Made by a program: the position numbers and the translations under genes. Below are positions 18,736 to 30,200 of a stretch of 62,380 bases of DNA, in pieces (position 1 is the stretch's first letter; every line of letters begins with the position of its first letter). Source of the stretch: a virus (lineage: Duplodnaviria > Caudoviricetes); the IMG/VR virus record IMGVR_UViG_3300048589_000279, positions 1-62,380 of that record; one strand, 5' to 3'. The notes beneath the pieces are model-generated. The model ran no database searches, was not told where the DNA came from, and saw nothing but the letters and a program-made list of their open reading frames with translations.

Positions 18736-19983
18736 TCAGAGAGTGGGATCGGCGGCGACGGTGACAGTGTAGCCGGTGGCGGAACCTGCGCGTGTATCGG
18801 CCAGTGCGATCATGTTATTAATTACGGCGGGCAACAATCCCAGCTCTCCGCCCGCACTTTCCAATGCCCATCCATCATTTGCGACGGGAACCAAATGAGG
18901 AGAACCGGAGTCACCGGCATACAGGATGTGTGCGAATTTATAGCCGGGCTTGTTGCTCAAGTCTTCCCTTCCGTCTAAGTCCCAATAAGAAGTGCTTTGA
19001 TAAGTAAATCCGGAAGTTTGCGCGGTAATTCCCAACCCTAGCGGGTCGGGTGGATACGGTCTGGTATTTAAATCATAATCTTGATTCCATGCGGAAATCG
19101 GGGCAAGCAGACCTTCGTTGCCGTAAAAAATCATGGAGTAATACTGCGGGCAGTAGAAGCTTCCAGAAAGCGCGAAACTCTGGATGTTATGCAGCCACTC
19201 ACCAACGACGGGAAGCGGGGCGATGGTGCCGGGCATGGCGGCATTCAGCCGGAACAGTGCAACGTCGGGACCGCTGTATTCCTGTTGTAAATTCACCTCA
19301 GATACAACCGTTGCAGACGTGATGTTGTTATTCACGTCAGAAAAATAGATGGTGCTTCCAACGTAAGACCCGCCGTAATGACCGCAACCGATGAGATGCT
19401 GCGGCGTGACAAGTGCAAAGCGCTTGCCGCGAATTGCGCCGGTTGGAGGCACGTTGTATCCAGCAATGGGAATGCCGGTCAGCTTGACATGTGGGATGAT
19501 TCCCGTGTTGGCACGGACAATGTTATTGCCCGACATTTCGAGAAACTTGTTGTCCGGAAGCGCATCGCAAAGCGCAATCACCCGGTTTCTGGAATACTCG
19601 GCGTATGTGTCGGCAACTGGCGCAAACGATGTATTTGACACCTGTCCTCCGGTATTCCCGAAAAACACACTTTGGGTTCGTATCTCCGCTTTGCCATTGT
19701 CCACATACAGGCGCGTTGATCCGGTGAATCCACCGGATCGCCTTACAATCGGAAATGCGCTGTCATCCACGATGCCGGTGGACTCGCCTCGCACCGATCC
19801 ATTTCCAAAGTTGATTCCTTCCAGCAGATAATCATTGTGCGATGCTGCTGCGGTGGATGTCTGGAAAGTTAGGTTCCTGTGCGTTTTTTCTCCTGTTGTA
19901 TTCGGGGTGTCCACAACCGTCTGCGGCTTGATGCTGCTGACAATCGGCGCAAACTCAAACGGAGATTTTTGAACAATGGTCAC
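18736..19983 (-). CDS. Trypsin-like serine protease domain protein
   Basis: VTPQHLIGCGHY (His), PDVALFRL (Asp), AGDSGSP (Ser). Confidence 0.75.
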   Translation of the reverse strand: MTIVQKSPFEFAPIVSSIKPQTVVDTPNTTGEKTHRNLTFQTSTAAASHNDYLLEGINFGNGSVRGESTGIVDDSAFPIVRRSGGFTGSTRLYVDNGKAEIRTQSVFFGNTGGQVSNTSFAPVADTYAEYSRNRVIALCDALPDNKFLEMSGNNIVRANTGIIPHVKLTGIPIAGYNVPPTGAIRGKRFALVTPQHLIGCGHYGGSYVGSTIYFSDVNNNITSATVVSEVNLQQEYSGPDVALFRLNAAMPGTIAPLPVVGEWLHNIQSFALSGSFYCPQYYSMIFYGNEGLLAPISAWNQDYDLNTRPYPPDPLGLGITAQTSGFTYQSTSYWDLDGREDLSNKPGYKFAHILYAGDSGSPHLVPVANDGWALESAGGELGLLPAVINNMIALADTRAGSATGYTVTVAADPTL

Positions 19984-20975
19984 GGCACGAAGTTTTGTGT
20001 GAGTTTTGCGATGCCGTGCGCGGTGATGGCGGTTATGTTCTCGGAATCGGGAGGGATGACGAGCTTGAGGACAAGCGTGTTTGCAACTGATGCGGCAATC
20101 AGTGGTGTCGCACCCTGCAAAAATCTGGTTTGCGCGCTAGTATTGTAAATGGTTTCTATGGCAGTGGTTGCCCCATCACTGGGAGCGGATTGTGCCATAA
20201 AATCAAGCCCTAACCCTTCTTGAGTTTTCAGTGATTCTATCCTAATAACGGCGGCACTTTGAAGCGTCCGCAGAGCGTTATTAAAACGCACTCTGCAAAT
20301 CGGATGGGTTCCAACATCCACCGCAAACCCGCTGTCCCAGTCGTTGATGCTTTCACCGAGTGGGCGCGAGCCATAATCTACTGACAAATAACCCTCATAC
20401 GGCCCCGGTGTTCCTGCAACTTTGATTGATACATCGAACTCCAGCCAATGATATACGTCATTCTCCATGAATGCGGCAGGTATATCCCACGATGCCAGCA
20501 GGATGCCGCCGACTCCGGTTTGCGTTTTGGCGAACCTCACCGGGTCAAATGAAACAAGCGGAACCTCCCCGTAATGCAACACTCCGCTTTTTTGGCCAAG
20601 TGAATTGGCGGGTATTGTGACACCATCGGAGTCGGGAAGAGTGAGCCAGTTAGGCGTTATAACCTCCGGCAGATACTCCGCGCCAATGCGTGTGGCGTCG
20701 TCGGCATTACCCTTGAGCTTGTCGAGGATGGTTTCGGTGGTGCCGCCTCCAACCTCTTCTGCTGATACCGCTTCGCCGGTTTCCTGGTTGATGAGCGCCA
20801 ATGCATATCGGGCAACCGTGGCTTTCGGGAGTTCGGTTCCGACGTTGGCGGGTTTGTAGAGCTTGGCGACATCCTCAAAGGAATCGCCGGCCGGTTCGCG
20901 GGTGTTGGCTCCGCGCACGTTGGACGCGGGCTTGGGAAGTCTCTGTGATTTTCCGACAGTTGGATCGATTGGCAT
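19980..20975 (-). CDS. Putative tail fibre/virion protein
   Basis: 331-aa ORF with a lower-GC, beta-rich C-terminal half. Confidence 0.6.
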   Translation of the reverse strand: MPIDPTVGKSQRLPKPASNVRGANTREPAGDSFEDVAKLYKPANVGTELPKATVARYALALINQETGEAVSAEEVGGGTTETILDKLKGNADDATRIGAEYLPEVITPNWLTLPDSDGVTIPANSLGQKSGVLHYGEVPLVSFDPVRFAKTQTGVGGILLASWDIPAAFMENDVYHWLEFDVSIKVAGTPGPYEGYLSVDYGSRPLGESINDWDSGFAVDVGTHPICRVRFNNALRTLQSAAVIRIESLKTQEGLGLDFMAQSAPSDGATTAIETIYNTSAQTRFLQGATPLIAASVANTLVLKLVIPPDSENITAITAHGIAKLTQNFVP

Positions 20976-21206
20976 GGTCGTAGTTGGTTCGAGTTGTGCT
21001 GATTATTTGGATGGTGGTTTGGAAGGAGTCTTCCAGTTGGAAGATTTTGCTCTGGACTTCGCTCCTCGGAGGCGGGCGGCGTGGGATGTATCTTTTGGAT
21101 ATTGTGTCCACGGAGCTAAAAACCCGGTCTCGGTTTTTGTCACATAGTCGGGCATTTTCCTGACGTTTGGGCGAGGCATGGTTTTGAGTGGTTGACGGTG
21201 GTTGGT

Positions 21207-23285
21207 TTAAGCGGCGGGAATCGCCGGTGATACGGGCGGCATGGGTGAATCTCCAGGTTGCTCGGTTCCCGGTTGCGAGGGTGGGGCGATCATTCCGGCG
21301 GCCTGCATGGCGGCCTGCAACGGTCCCTGCATCTCGGGTGGCACCATGGCCAGCAGGCTTGCCGGATCGGTCACGGCTTCCCGCAGGATCTTTTCGGCGT
21401 CCGTGAAGCCGTAGCTACGCAAAATCTGGATGTAGAGCCGGCGGGCCGCGGTCTTTTCCGGCTCGGGGATCTGGATGTATTCCATCAGTGCCTTGCTGGC
21501 TCCTAGGGCGTCTTCCAGCGCATCCACGTTCTGACTCTGCGACATGGTGAGGGAAACATTCGCCCGGAGTCCCTGCACGTCGCCAGGCGTGATCTTGAGC
21601 AATTCTGCGTCCTGTCCCTCGCCCCACACAAACGCTTCCTCCCGGTCGAGGTTGGCGTAATTGAGGTGGACGGAGTATTCCGTGGGATGCCGGATGTCCT
21701 TGGTGATCTGGGCTATTGGAACCTTCACCAAGACGGCGCCGCGGGTCGTCAGGTCGCGCACTCCGGTTGCCGTATTGCTGCCTGGAACGCCTTTCAACTC
21801 TCCCTGGGCGGCGGAGGTAATCCCGTAACGCATCTGCATCAACTGGTGCATCTGGTTCAAGAGTTCCACGCTTTGAGCGTTGGTTTCCGGGATCGTCTTG
21901 AATTGAAGTCCCATTTCCAGCGTTTCCCCAGGCATCAACTCGAACACCTTGTCGGGGTCTTGGTTGAAGTCCTTGGCCGTCTTCTTGTCCTTGAACTTGG
22001 ACGGGTCGAATCCCTTGATCGGCACCCGGGCGCTGCGGTCGTTGTAGGTGGTCGAGTTGTATTGGATGTCCACCGCGTTGTTGGCGTCCTCGCACCGCTC
22101 CCAATAGCCGATTCCCATGATCCGGCGTGGCACCTTGAAGCAGCGCACCGGAAAGACAGGAAGGAGGCCCGACGGGGAAATCCCGCGGAGATAGTTGCAT
22201 GACAGCATGATCCGCAGTTCCGGGATGAACACCACTTGCAGCCGCTTCGGGTTGTTCTTTTGGAACGGATCGCAGCGCATGAAGCCTTCCACGATCTCAA
22301 CCTCCGGGTTGGCATCCAGTTCCCAATTCACCGGTTGCGCTTCTACTTCGCCGCGGTGTGACCGGGCGTTCCCGTTCCTGCCGGCCGCCACGGCGCCTTG
22401 CAAGGAAAGGGCTTGGTCCTCGTCCAGTTCGTAGAAGGAAATGGCGTCTAGGACACCCATGCGGAAACGGTGGAAGAACGGGGTGTAGCGCAAGTCGAGT
22501 TGCGGGGCCATCGCGTCGAATGCGACATCCTCGTAATCCAGACAGTCGCACGCCACGTTGTTGTAAACCTCGTCCGTCTGCTCGATGAGCATTTCCTGCC
22601 ATTGAATGTCGGTCCCATCGAACTCGCCGGCGGTGATCCGTTCATCCACGGCTTCCTTTTCGGTGAGGAACTCGCCGGCCTCGTCCAAGAGCGCGGAATC
22701 GGTGGAAATGCGCCAAGCGACAAATTTCGATTCCTCGAAGGTTTCGATTTCCTTGATCCACCGGGGTTTGACGAAGACGAGGCCAAGATTGATGGCTACC
22801 TTCACGGCATCAGTCAGAGCTTCTTCGAGATTGGTCTGGTTGAACTTCCACTGGCTGTGCGCGGAAATCAGGCTGGCAAGGTTCGGGTCATTGGCCCCTT
22901 CGGGCTTCGCCTGCATCCATGGCCGGGTTCCGAAAAGGTCGTCGCTGGCCTGGGCGAACACGAAGTCACAGAATCCAGAAACCACTCCAAGAGTGTTGTT
23001 CTGCTTCTCAAAAATCGACCTGGACGCATCGGTAATGTTTGGGTCGGGAGCCGTAGTCTTTCGGTCGGAATAGTCGTCTTCCGCCATCTTCTCGAACCGT
23101 TTGAGCTTCCCGCGCCAGTTGCTCAATGCCCCGTGAAGCGCCCCCCACCGGTCAACGGCATGGTTCAAAAGCCATTCCGCCTGCACTTCATTGAGCGACT
23201 TTGACAGGGGGGTTTTCCCTGCCGAAAGGATGCGTTTCGTTGGATTCTCCCCATCAGGGGCGGGCGTTGCGGTAGAAACGAGCAT
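21207..23285 (-). CDS. Portal protein
   Basis: 692 aa; GITSAAQG...SNTATGV and Gln/Pro-rich tail typical of podovirus-type portals. Confidence 0.85.
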   Translation of the reverse strand: MLVSTATPAPDGENPTKRILSAGKTPLSKSLNEVQAEWLLNHAVDRWGALHGALSNWRGKLKRFEKMAEDDYSDRKTTAPDPNITDASRSIFEKQNNTLGVVSGFCDFVFAQASDDLFGTRPWMQAKPEGANDPNLASLISAHSQWKFNQTNLEEALTDAVKVAINLGLVFVKPRWIKEIETFEESKFVAWRISTDSALLDEAGEFLTEKEAVDERITAGEFDGTDIQWQEMLIEQTDEVYNNVACDCLDYEDVAFDAMAPQLDLRYTPFFHRFRMGVLDAISFYELDEDQALSLQGAVAAGRNGNARSHRGEVEAQPVNWELDANPEVEIVEGFMRCDPFQKNNPKRLQVVFIPELRIMLSCNYLRGISPSGLLPVFPVRCFKVPRRIMGIGYWERCEDANNAVDIQYNSTTYNDRSARVPIKGFDPSKFKDKKTAKDFNQDPDKVFELMPGETLEMGLQFKTIPETNAQSVELLNQMHQLMQMRYGITSAAQGELKGVPGSNTATGVRDLTTRGAVLVKVPIAQITKDIRHPTEYSVHLNYANLDREEAFVWGEGQDAELLKITPGDVQGLRANVSLTMSQSQNVDALEDALGASKALMEYIQIPEPEKTAARRLYIQILRSYGFTDAEKILREAVTDPASLLAMVPPEMQGPLQAAMQAAGMIAPPSQPGTEQPGDSPMPPVSPAIPAA

Positions 23286-23291
23286 GCGCGA

Positions 23292-23327
23292 AACGTAGCC
23301 GCCTTGAATCGTCTATGAACGGGCGGG
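23292..23327 (-). promoter_or_regulatory. Late promoter: CCCGCCCGT-N21-TACGTT-N6-ATG
   Basis: Conserved motif and spacing. Confidence 0.75.
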
Positions 23328-23409
23328 GAAATGGCACCGGTTACGCATGGAACCGACGGCAGGAACTTCCGGATTGCGAAATTGTAACGGTTTGTGATGT
23401 ATTCAGCCC

Positions 23410-23901
23410 ATGGCGAACCGGAAAGTAGCTTCTCCCCCTGATCTCAAAACCCGTATTGCTTGCGTCAGATTGGTGCTGGATGCCGCCAAGCGCCACCAGG
23501 TGCCAGCGGCCTTGATCGTCTCCCACTCCAATCATCGGACGGCCTCCCAAGCACGCAAGGAGGCTCAGGCGGCCATGATTGAGGAACTCGGGATGAAACG
23601 CCGGTGGGTGGCGTTCATGTTCAATCGGGACTTGCGGCGCGTCCGTGCCTCGGAGCTTGGCCAGAAGGTCGATCGGAAATACTGCAAAAAAACGAGCAAG
23701 TTCCGGCACTTCCGGGAAATCCTTGTGCCGGTTGGCCTGCAACTCGTCTGGGTTGAATACTTGAACCTGCCGACGATCGGGCGCGCGCGGAGGATCGCTT
23801 GCCGGCCGATGTCACGGGAAGAATCCGCGGAAATCCAGTTGGTTCTCGGTTTCCTCAGTTGGCGGAATGTGAATCCCTACGGGAAACCGTCTCAGTCCTG
23901 A
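23410..23901 (+). CDS. DnaA C-terminal-like HTH protein
   Basis: AAKRHQVPAALIVSHSNHRTASQARKEA...VAFMFNRD. Confidence 0.6.
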   Translation: MANRKVASPPDLKTRIACVRLVLDAAKRHQVPAALIVSHSNHRTASQARKEAQAAMIEELGMKRRWVAFMFNRDLRRVRASELGQKVDRKYCKKTSKFRHFREILVPVGLQLVWVEYLNLPTIGRARRIACRPMSREESAEIQLVLGFLSWRNVNPYGKPSQS

Positions 23902-24252
23902 TTCTCGGGGGCCATCGAAACGACGTATCCGCCGGCCGGGTTGTCGCAAATCCCCACCGGCCGGATGCTCTTGAGCCTGCCGTTCTCGTATTTCAGGAAT
24001 CCGGCCAGCAGGTAGATCGCCTGTTGCTGCTCATGGGTGAGTTCCGCCGCCGGAACCGGATTGGCCTGCAACTCGTCGCAAATCTTGCGGGCCGGAGCGA
24101 AAAGGATGCGGTCCATCTGGTCTTCCGCGCTTTCAATCAAGACAAGCTCCTTGGAGTTCATCGAGAAACTGCTGCCGACTTTTGCCTGCATCGCCTCGAT
24201 CTTTTTCTTGGCCGCGAGTTGCTCCGGAGTCATCGAGGATCGGAAGTTCATG
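23892..24252 (-). CDS. Hypothetical protein with its own sigma70-like promoter
   Basis: TTGACA(24287)-N17-TATCCC-N7-ATG. Confidence 0.6.
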
Positions 24253-24297
24253 GCCGGAGGGATAGAACCTACGGCGCACGGTGTCAATCACGCTCTG

Positions 24298-27200
24298 TTA
24301 CGGCTTGGGGGCTTTCTCGCGGGCTTCCAATTCCCTTTCCGCGTTCTTGCGGATGGTTTCGAATCTGCCTCGCTCGATGCGTTCGGCGCGGAAGGCTGCC
24401 ACCGCTTCGCGGGCGATGGAGGTTTTCAGTTCCTCCAGTTCCCGGCGGTTGTTGGTCGTGAACTCCATCTTCGTGATCTTGCTGATGGCGACGATCGCCT
24501 TTTGGGCGTCTTCCAGCATCAAGCGGGCCTGCCGTTGGCTCGGGTTTTCCTGCCGGCGTCTGGACTTTTGGAGTTTGGTCGATTCATCCAGGGCATCATA
24601 CAGGTTGTCCACGCTCACGGAATTCATGGTGGATTGGCCGCCGCGGACAAACAGGGTGCCAAGAACCGGGAGGTCAACCAGTTCCCGCTCGCGGTTGATC
24701 TCCTCGGGTTTTCCGAACAGTTGCACGAAGTCGGTGCCGGCGCCGCCGAACGTGCCGTTGATGGCGTGATCGATGCGCAGCGGGCTCATGCCAGTCATCT
24801 GGCCAAGTTTCGCGGCGACTTGACTGGTGTAGGGCCCGATTTGCTCCTCGCGTGCCATTTCCTCCATGCCCCGCGGAACGATGGGCATGTCGAAGAAGAA
24901 CTTCCGGTTGGCGAGTTGCTCCGTCACGGTGTCGGCAACTGCCGGCATGGCGGATGGAATCATGCGCTTGAACCATTCCTGCATCCACTCGGTCGCCTGC
25001 TTGGGATCTTCCTGATACCAGGCGTCCGCCAGTGCCACGGTGCCGGACATGAACAGACCGTCCGCTTCGAATGCGCGCGGGATCCGGATGAGTTCCTTTT
25101 TCCCGTTGTGCTCGAAGGGAATGAACGTGAAGCCGAACTTCATCTTGGTGGACATTTCCTTCCACCAGTCGGAATCCTTGGCAAACCACCAGGCAATCAG
25201 GGCGACGATGGCATGGCCAAGCCCGCGGGAGATGAATCTGACATAGCTGTTCTTGAACGCACGAACGTGTGCGCGTGGTCCTTGGATTCCAGCGTTGAAG
25301 AACGGAACCAGTTGGTTCGCCACTCGGCCATAGCGGCCGGCGGCCGTGAAGTCCGTCGTCACTTGCTTGAGGGCCTGAAGCAGCAACAGGGATGTTTCCT
25401 CGTCCATGGCATCGCCTGGCTTCCAGCCAAGATCCTTGCCGACGAGCTTCATTTCCGTTGCCCGTGACGCGAGTTCCGGGAACTGGAGCAAGTCGCGCAG
25501 GTAGTCCGCCCAATTCCGGACATCCACGATTTTCCATCCGGTCTTCTCGAACAGCCGGCGGGAAGCCCGCTCAGTCGGGCGCATGTCCTGGCCAAGCGGG
25601 GTCGCCATCTTGCCGCCAAGGCGTTCGAGCACCTCGATGGTCTTCGGGCGAACCGCTCCGCCGGTGACGGAATAGATGAACGCTTTCGAAAGCTCTCCCA
25701 TCCAGGTCAGAAACAATTCCGCGGTGTTGGCACTGGCGCGGGAGTTGAAATGCAGGGTGGAGAAGTCGCGCAGCGGGTTGGTCACAAGCGAGAACGAAGC
25801 ACGCAGGCCGGTCGTTCCGATGCGGAATGTCCGGTTGGTCAAGCCAATCGTCATGTCGATGAGCGGGGCGAGTCGGTAGGCATTCATTCCTGAAAGCGTC
25901 TCATACAAGCCTGGGTCCACGTCATAGAGGCGCATCCGGCCGCCGCGGAACACGGCGAGGATCGGGCGTTCGCCGTTCTTCACGTCGTAGGACGGCGCGA
26001 AGAAGGTGGCGATTTCCTGCATCATTGCTTCCTGCTCCGGGGTCAGTTCGATTTCATCGATGCCGGCCTTGAACAGCTTCCGGTTGATTTCCTCGATCAG
26101 TTCGCCAAGGGCCCGCTGCGCGGCGGGGACCATCTTCGGGGAGATTTCCGCAACCAGGTTCCCCATGTCGGGAACGTTCTCGGCAATTTTGAAGATTTGA
26201 TCCAGCACCCGCTTTTGATGGGCGCGGGCCACGATGTCGGCGGCTTGGGAAATCATGCCGGAGAACGGATCCTTGATGCGGCGGCCGGAACCGCGGAGGC
26301 GATCCAGCAATTTTCCACTCGCCACGCTGGAGGATCCGCCCTTGGCGGCGGCATCGAATGCTTCGAACTCGCGGAACAAAGGGATGTAGAATCCGGGATC
26401 CACGGCGCGGATGCGTTGCACGGTTGCCCGGTAGTCCTCGGAGGCGGCCGCGGCGTAATCAAGCACCAGGTCATTCCAGCGGGATACCGCGGCGGCCGTC
26501 TGCTCGAAGATGGGAGTCTCGATCTTGGCGATGATTCCGATCGCGTCGTTTTCCGACAGTCCGGGGTTTCTGGCACCGTTAGGGTCGTTCCACATGGCCA
26601 CCGCCCGCTTCGCCCACATGTAGATGAGGAAGTCTGTCTTCTTGCCGCGCACCCGGGCGAGGATTTCCGTCAAGGATCGGCCGTCGTCGCCGGGAAGCGG
26701 ATTGCCGGCGAAGTCGATCATCGCGGATTTCACCATGAATTCCGCCCTGGCCGTCGAGGTCATCCGGAGCGCGGTTGCCGCCAAGGCTGGATTCTCCCTG
26801 GCCGGGATGGCGCGGCGGCCTTTCTCGATGGCCTCCGCCACGAACCGGTCAATCGGGGCGTTGGTGTCCACCCAATCGTTCATGTAGTCCAGCGAGGCGA
26901 GTTTCTGTCCCAACTCCACGATGCGGCCGGGGCGGCGATACACGCTTTGGCGGGCGCGTTCCAAGTCTCCTTGGTTCCGCCATGTCAGACTGGCGGCCTG
27001 GGCCTTGGCAATCGACTTGGCGAGCTTCGGGTTCACGGCTTCGACTTGCGCCTTGAACCAGTCATGGAACCTCGGCGCGGCGGCCCGTGATTCAGTGTTG
27101 CCGCCATAGACCAGCACGGAGAACCATTCCCCGAATCCTTCCGAAACATATCCGCCGGTCGGCACCGTGGCACCATAGAGGGCGCGGCCCACCGCTTCCA

Positions 27201-30200
27201 TTTCCGCAATCGCATTGGCCGGAACTCCGGCGGTTCTAAATGCAGTGGCGGCGTTCCCGAACAGTCCCTTTTGCAAGGCATGTCCGAGTTCATGTGCGGC
27301 GGTCGGGATGTCGTTGGCGATCTTGATTCGGGCCAGATGCTCCCGGGTGTAATACTCGCCAAGCGAATTCCTGCCCTTGAGGTTGCCAACCCGGATCGGC
27401 ACGCCATGGCCGATGGATTCCAGCACGCCTTGCATCGTCTTGATGACCTTCGGGGCGGAAATGCCCTTCTTGATGTTGCCGATGGGGTCCGGGGAAACCG
27501 GCATCCTTGTCGCGGCTCCTCCTCTGGCTGCACCGGCATCCTTCGTCTCTGGTGCCTTGCTGGCGGGCTTTGGCGCGGCTCCCGCTGGCCTTGTGCCAGA
27601 AACCGGGGGAGTGGGGTCAGGAACGCCGTTTTTGGCGAATCTTGCCTTCATCTGGGTGACGATGTTGAAAACTGCCCGGTCGGAGAGTTTCCGCGCCTTG
27701 GCGATCTCCGGCATCGATTTGCCGGCCGCGTAGTCGCGGAACACTCCGCGCATCTCGGGTGGCAGGCTCGCCCATACCGGGTGATCGTCGCCGGGGAGGT
27801 CGCTGGCTCGGGAGGCGGAGGAAAAGAGGATGCTGTCGCTCTCCGGGTCTTTGGCGAGTTCCAGATATTTAGCATCCTGACTCGGCATGGAAGCCGAAGA
27901 ATACAGGCGATCATTCTTACTTGCCTCGGATTTTCCGATCTCTTCGATCCGGTTGAACATGGCGATCTTCCGCTTGTTCATCTTCTTCCTCTCTTCGGAA
28001 GAGTATTTCCCGGTGCCCATGGAAGATTGCAATTCCGCCGCAAGGTCCATGGCCTTTTTGTAAATGGCCGCGCCTTCCTGGGTTGCCTGTCCAATTTGGG
28101 AGTAGTTGGTTTTTTTCGATTCCTCTGCCCGATTCTGGTCATTGACCTGGCGTTTGAGTTCCGCAATTTTTCCCCTGCGATCTATGATTTTCTGAATCCG
28201 TTCCGGCGCGGTGAAGTTGTCAGCACGGCCTTGAAGCCAGTCGATTGCATCAATCCAGTCGCCGTTGGATTCGCTCACGTCAGAACGTCCGTCGCTGATG
28301 GTGAAATCCGGGCGCTTGTGATTGGTGATGCTGGAAAGCTGCCGGTCATGGTCCGTGATGCGGAATTTGTATGTCTGCTCGTCTTCGTAAGTATTATCCT
28401 TCCACTCGGAATAGGTTGATCCCTTGCCTTCTGTGTAATCCCCGATGCGTAGTTTTGGTTCCCTGCCTTGCCGCACGGAATCCAGCACCTCATCAAACAG
28501 CCCGGCTTGAATCATGTGGTTGCGTCGAGGTGTTTCGAGCGGATCACGACGCGATTCTTCCTCTAGTTTGGCGAGTTCGAGGTAGCGGGCGTCTTCTGCG
28601 GGGCTTGCTGACGAGAACAGACCTCCCGACTTAGGACGGCGAATCATCGTTTCCGAAATCCGGTAATCCTTGTTCCGTCCCTTGTTCTCCACAAATCCGA
28701 ACCGCTTGTAGAAGTCTTTCAGTCTGTTGACGCTGGATGCTCCAAAGTCGATGGAAGGGGAAAGCACGATGGCTGCATTTTTGGAATCCGCGTAGTCGGT
28801 CAACTCCTGCATGAATTCCGAACCGAGTCCTTGTCCACGATCTGACTTTGGAACCTTGATCTGATGAAGCGTGATATTCCCCGTTCTCGCGTTCTCTGAA
28901 ACGTAGTTCTCAACACCACGGGCCTCCCACTTGTCGCGGAATGGCTTCATCGTGTCCTCATAGTTGCTCGATGACGAGAACAACGCGGGTTTCGCCAGAT
29001 CGTCCAACCGCTCCATTTCCTCCTTCGCTTCCGCGTAGGTGTCAAAGGTCCGGTCTTCCTTCATTCCGGTGCGCTCGTTGTAGGCGCGGACGATGTGCTG
29101 AACGTCGCCTTTGTTGGCTTCCGTGCGGTAGGTGTAGTCGTAGAGGTTGCGCGGCCATGAGGCGGAGGCTTGAAGCGTTGTCGCCGGTTTCTCTATCACC
29201 ACCATGCGGGTGTTCACTCCGGTGGAACGGAATGCGCTCTTGAATGATCCTTCCGGCAGTTTCTCGCTGGTGCCGCCTTGGGCTTCGAGCCAGTCGCGGA
29301 ATGCCTGGGCCTTCTTCGTGGACGAGAAGAACGGGCTTTCCGACATGATGGCGACGAGCTTGCCGCCGGGCTTGAGGAAGTCATAGGCGTGCTGGACGTG
29401 CTCCATGTCCTGCCCGTCTTCGAACGGTGGATTCATCAAAACCACGTCGTATCCGCTGGCGGCACCGCGCTTCTCGAAGCCTTGGAGTTCCGAAAGGTTG
29501 AAGTAGCCGATGACTTCGCCATCCTCTTTCTCCAACCGGACTCGCTCGCTGCCCATCTCACCCAGGCCGCGAAGGATGCCTTTCTTCCCGGTGGCGCGTT
29601 CCATGTAAATGTCGCCGTAGGTGAAACCGCGGGTTTTGGGGTCCATGTCCATGAAGTCCCGGCCAATCAGCAAGTGACCTTTGGCGGAAATGATGTCCCG
29701 GAGCGTGGATTGCGTTTCCGCCACGTCAACGATCGCGCCGGCCGCCTTGGCTGCATCCGCAATATCGGCTTTGCCGCCGGACGGCTCCAGAACGTGCTTG
29801 CCGCTCAAGTCGCCGGCGATGTCCAGCATGTCCTCGATGACGGTTTGCGGGGTGGGGAAGAATCCGGGGATGTTCTTGCCGATCAAGTCGCGCTCCATGG
29901 CTTTGATCGGGTCTGCCTTGGTTTTGTTGCCACGGAATTGCAGGAACTCACGGAGGGATGCGCGGAGTTGGGCGATGTCCCAGATTCCCATCGCGTGAAG
30001 GCGCTCGTGTGACTCGAACTTCCACTTGATGCCGTCCCACACGGGTTTTCCTTTCCAATCGCGGGTTTTCTTCGCCAGTTCCCGGACGTTTTCGATGTCG
30101 GATTCATGCGTGAGATACCCGCCGTTGCCGTTCTTCTTCGGATCGTAGAGGCGGATCTTGGCGACTCGCTCGGCAAGGAGTTTCGCTCCTGGAGTGGTGC

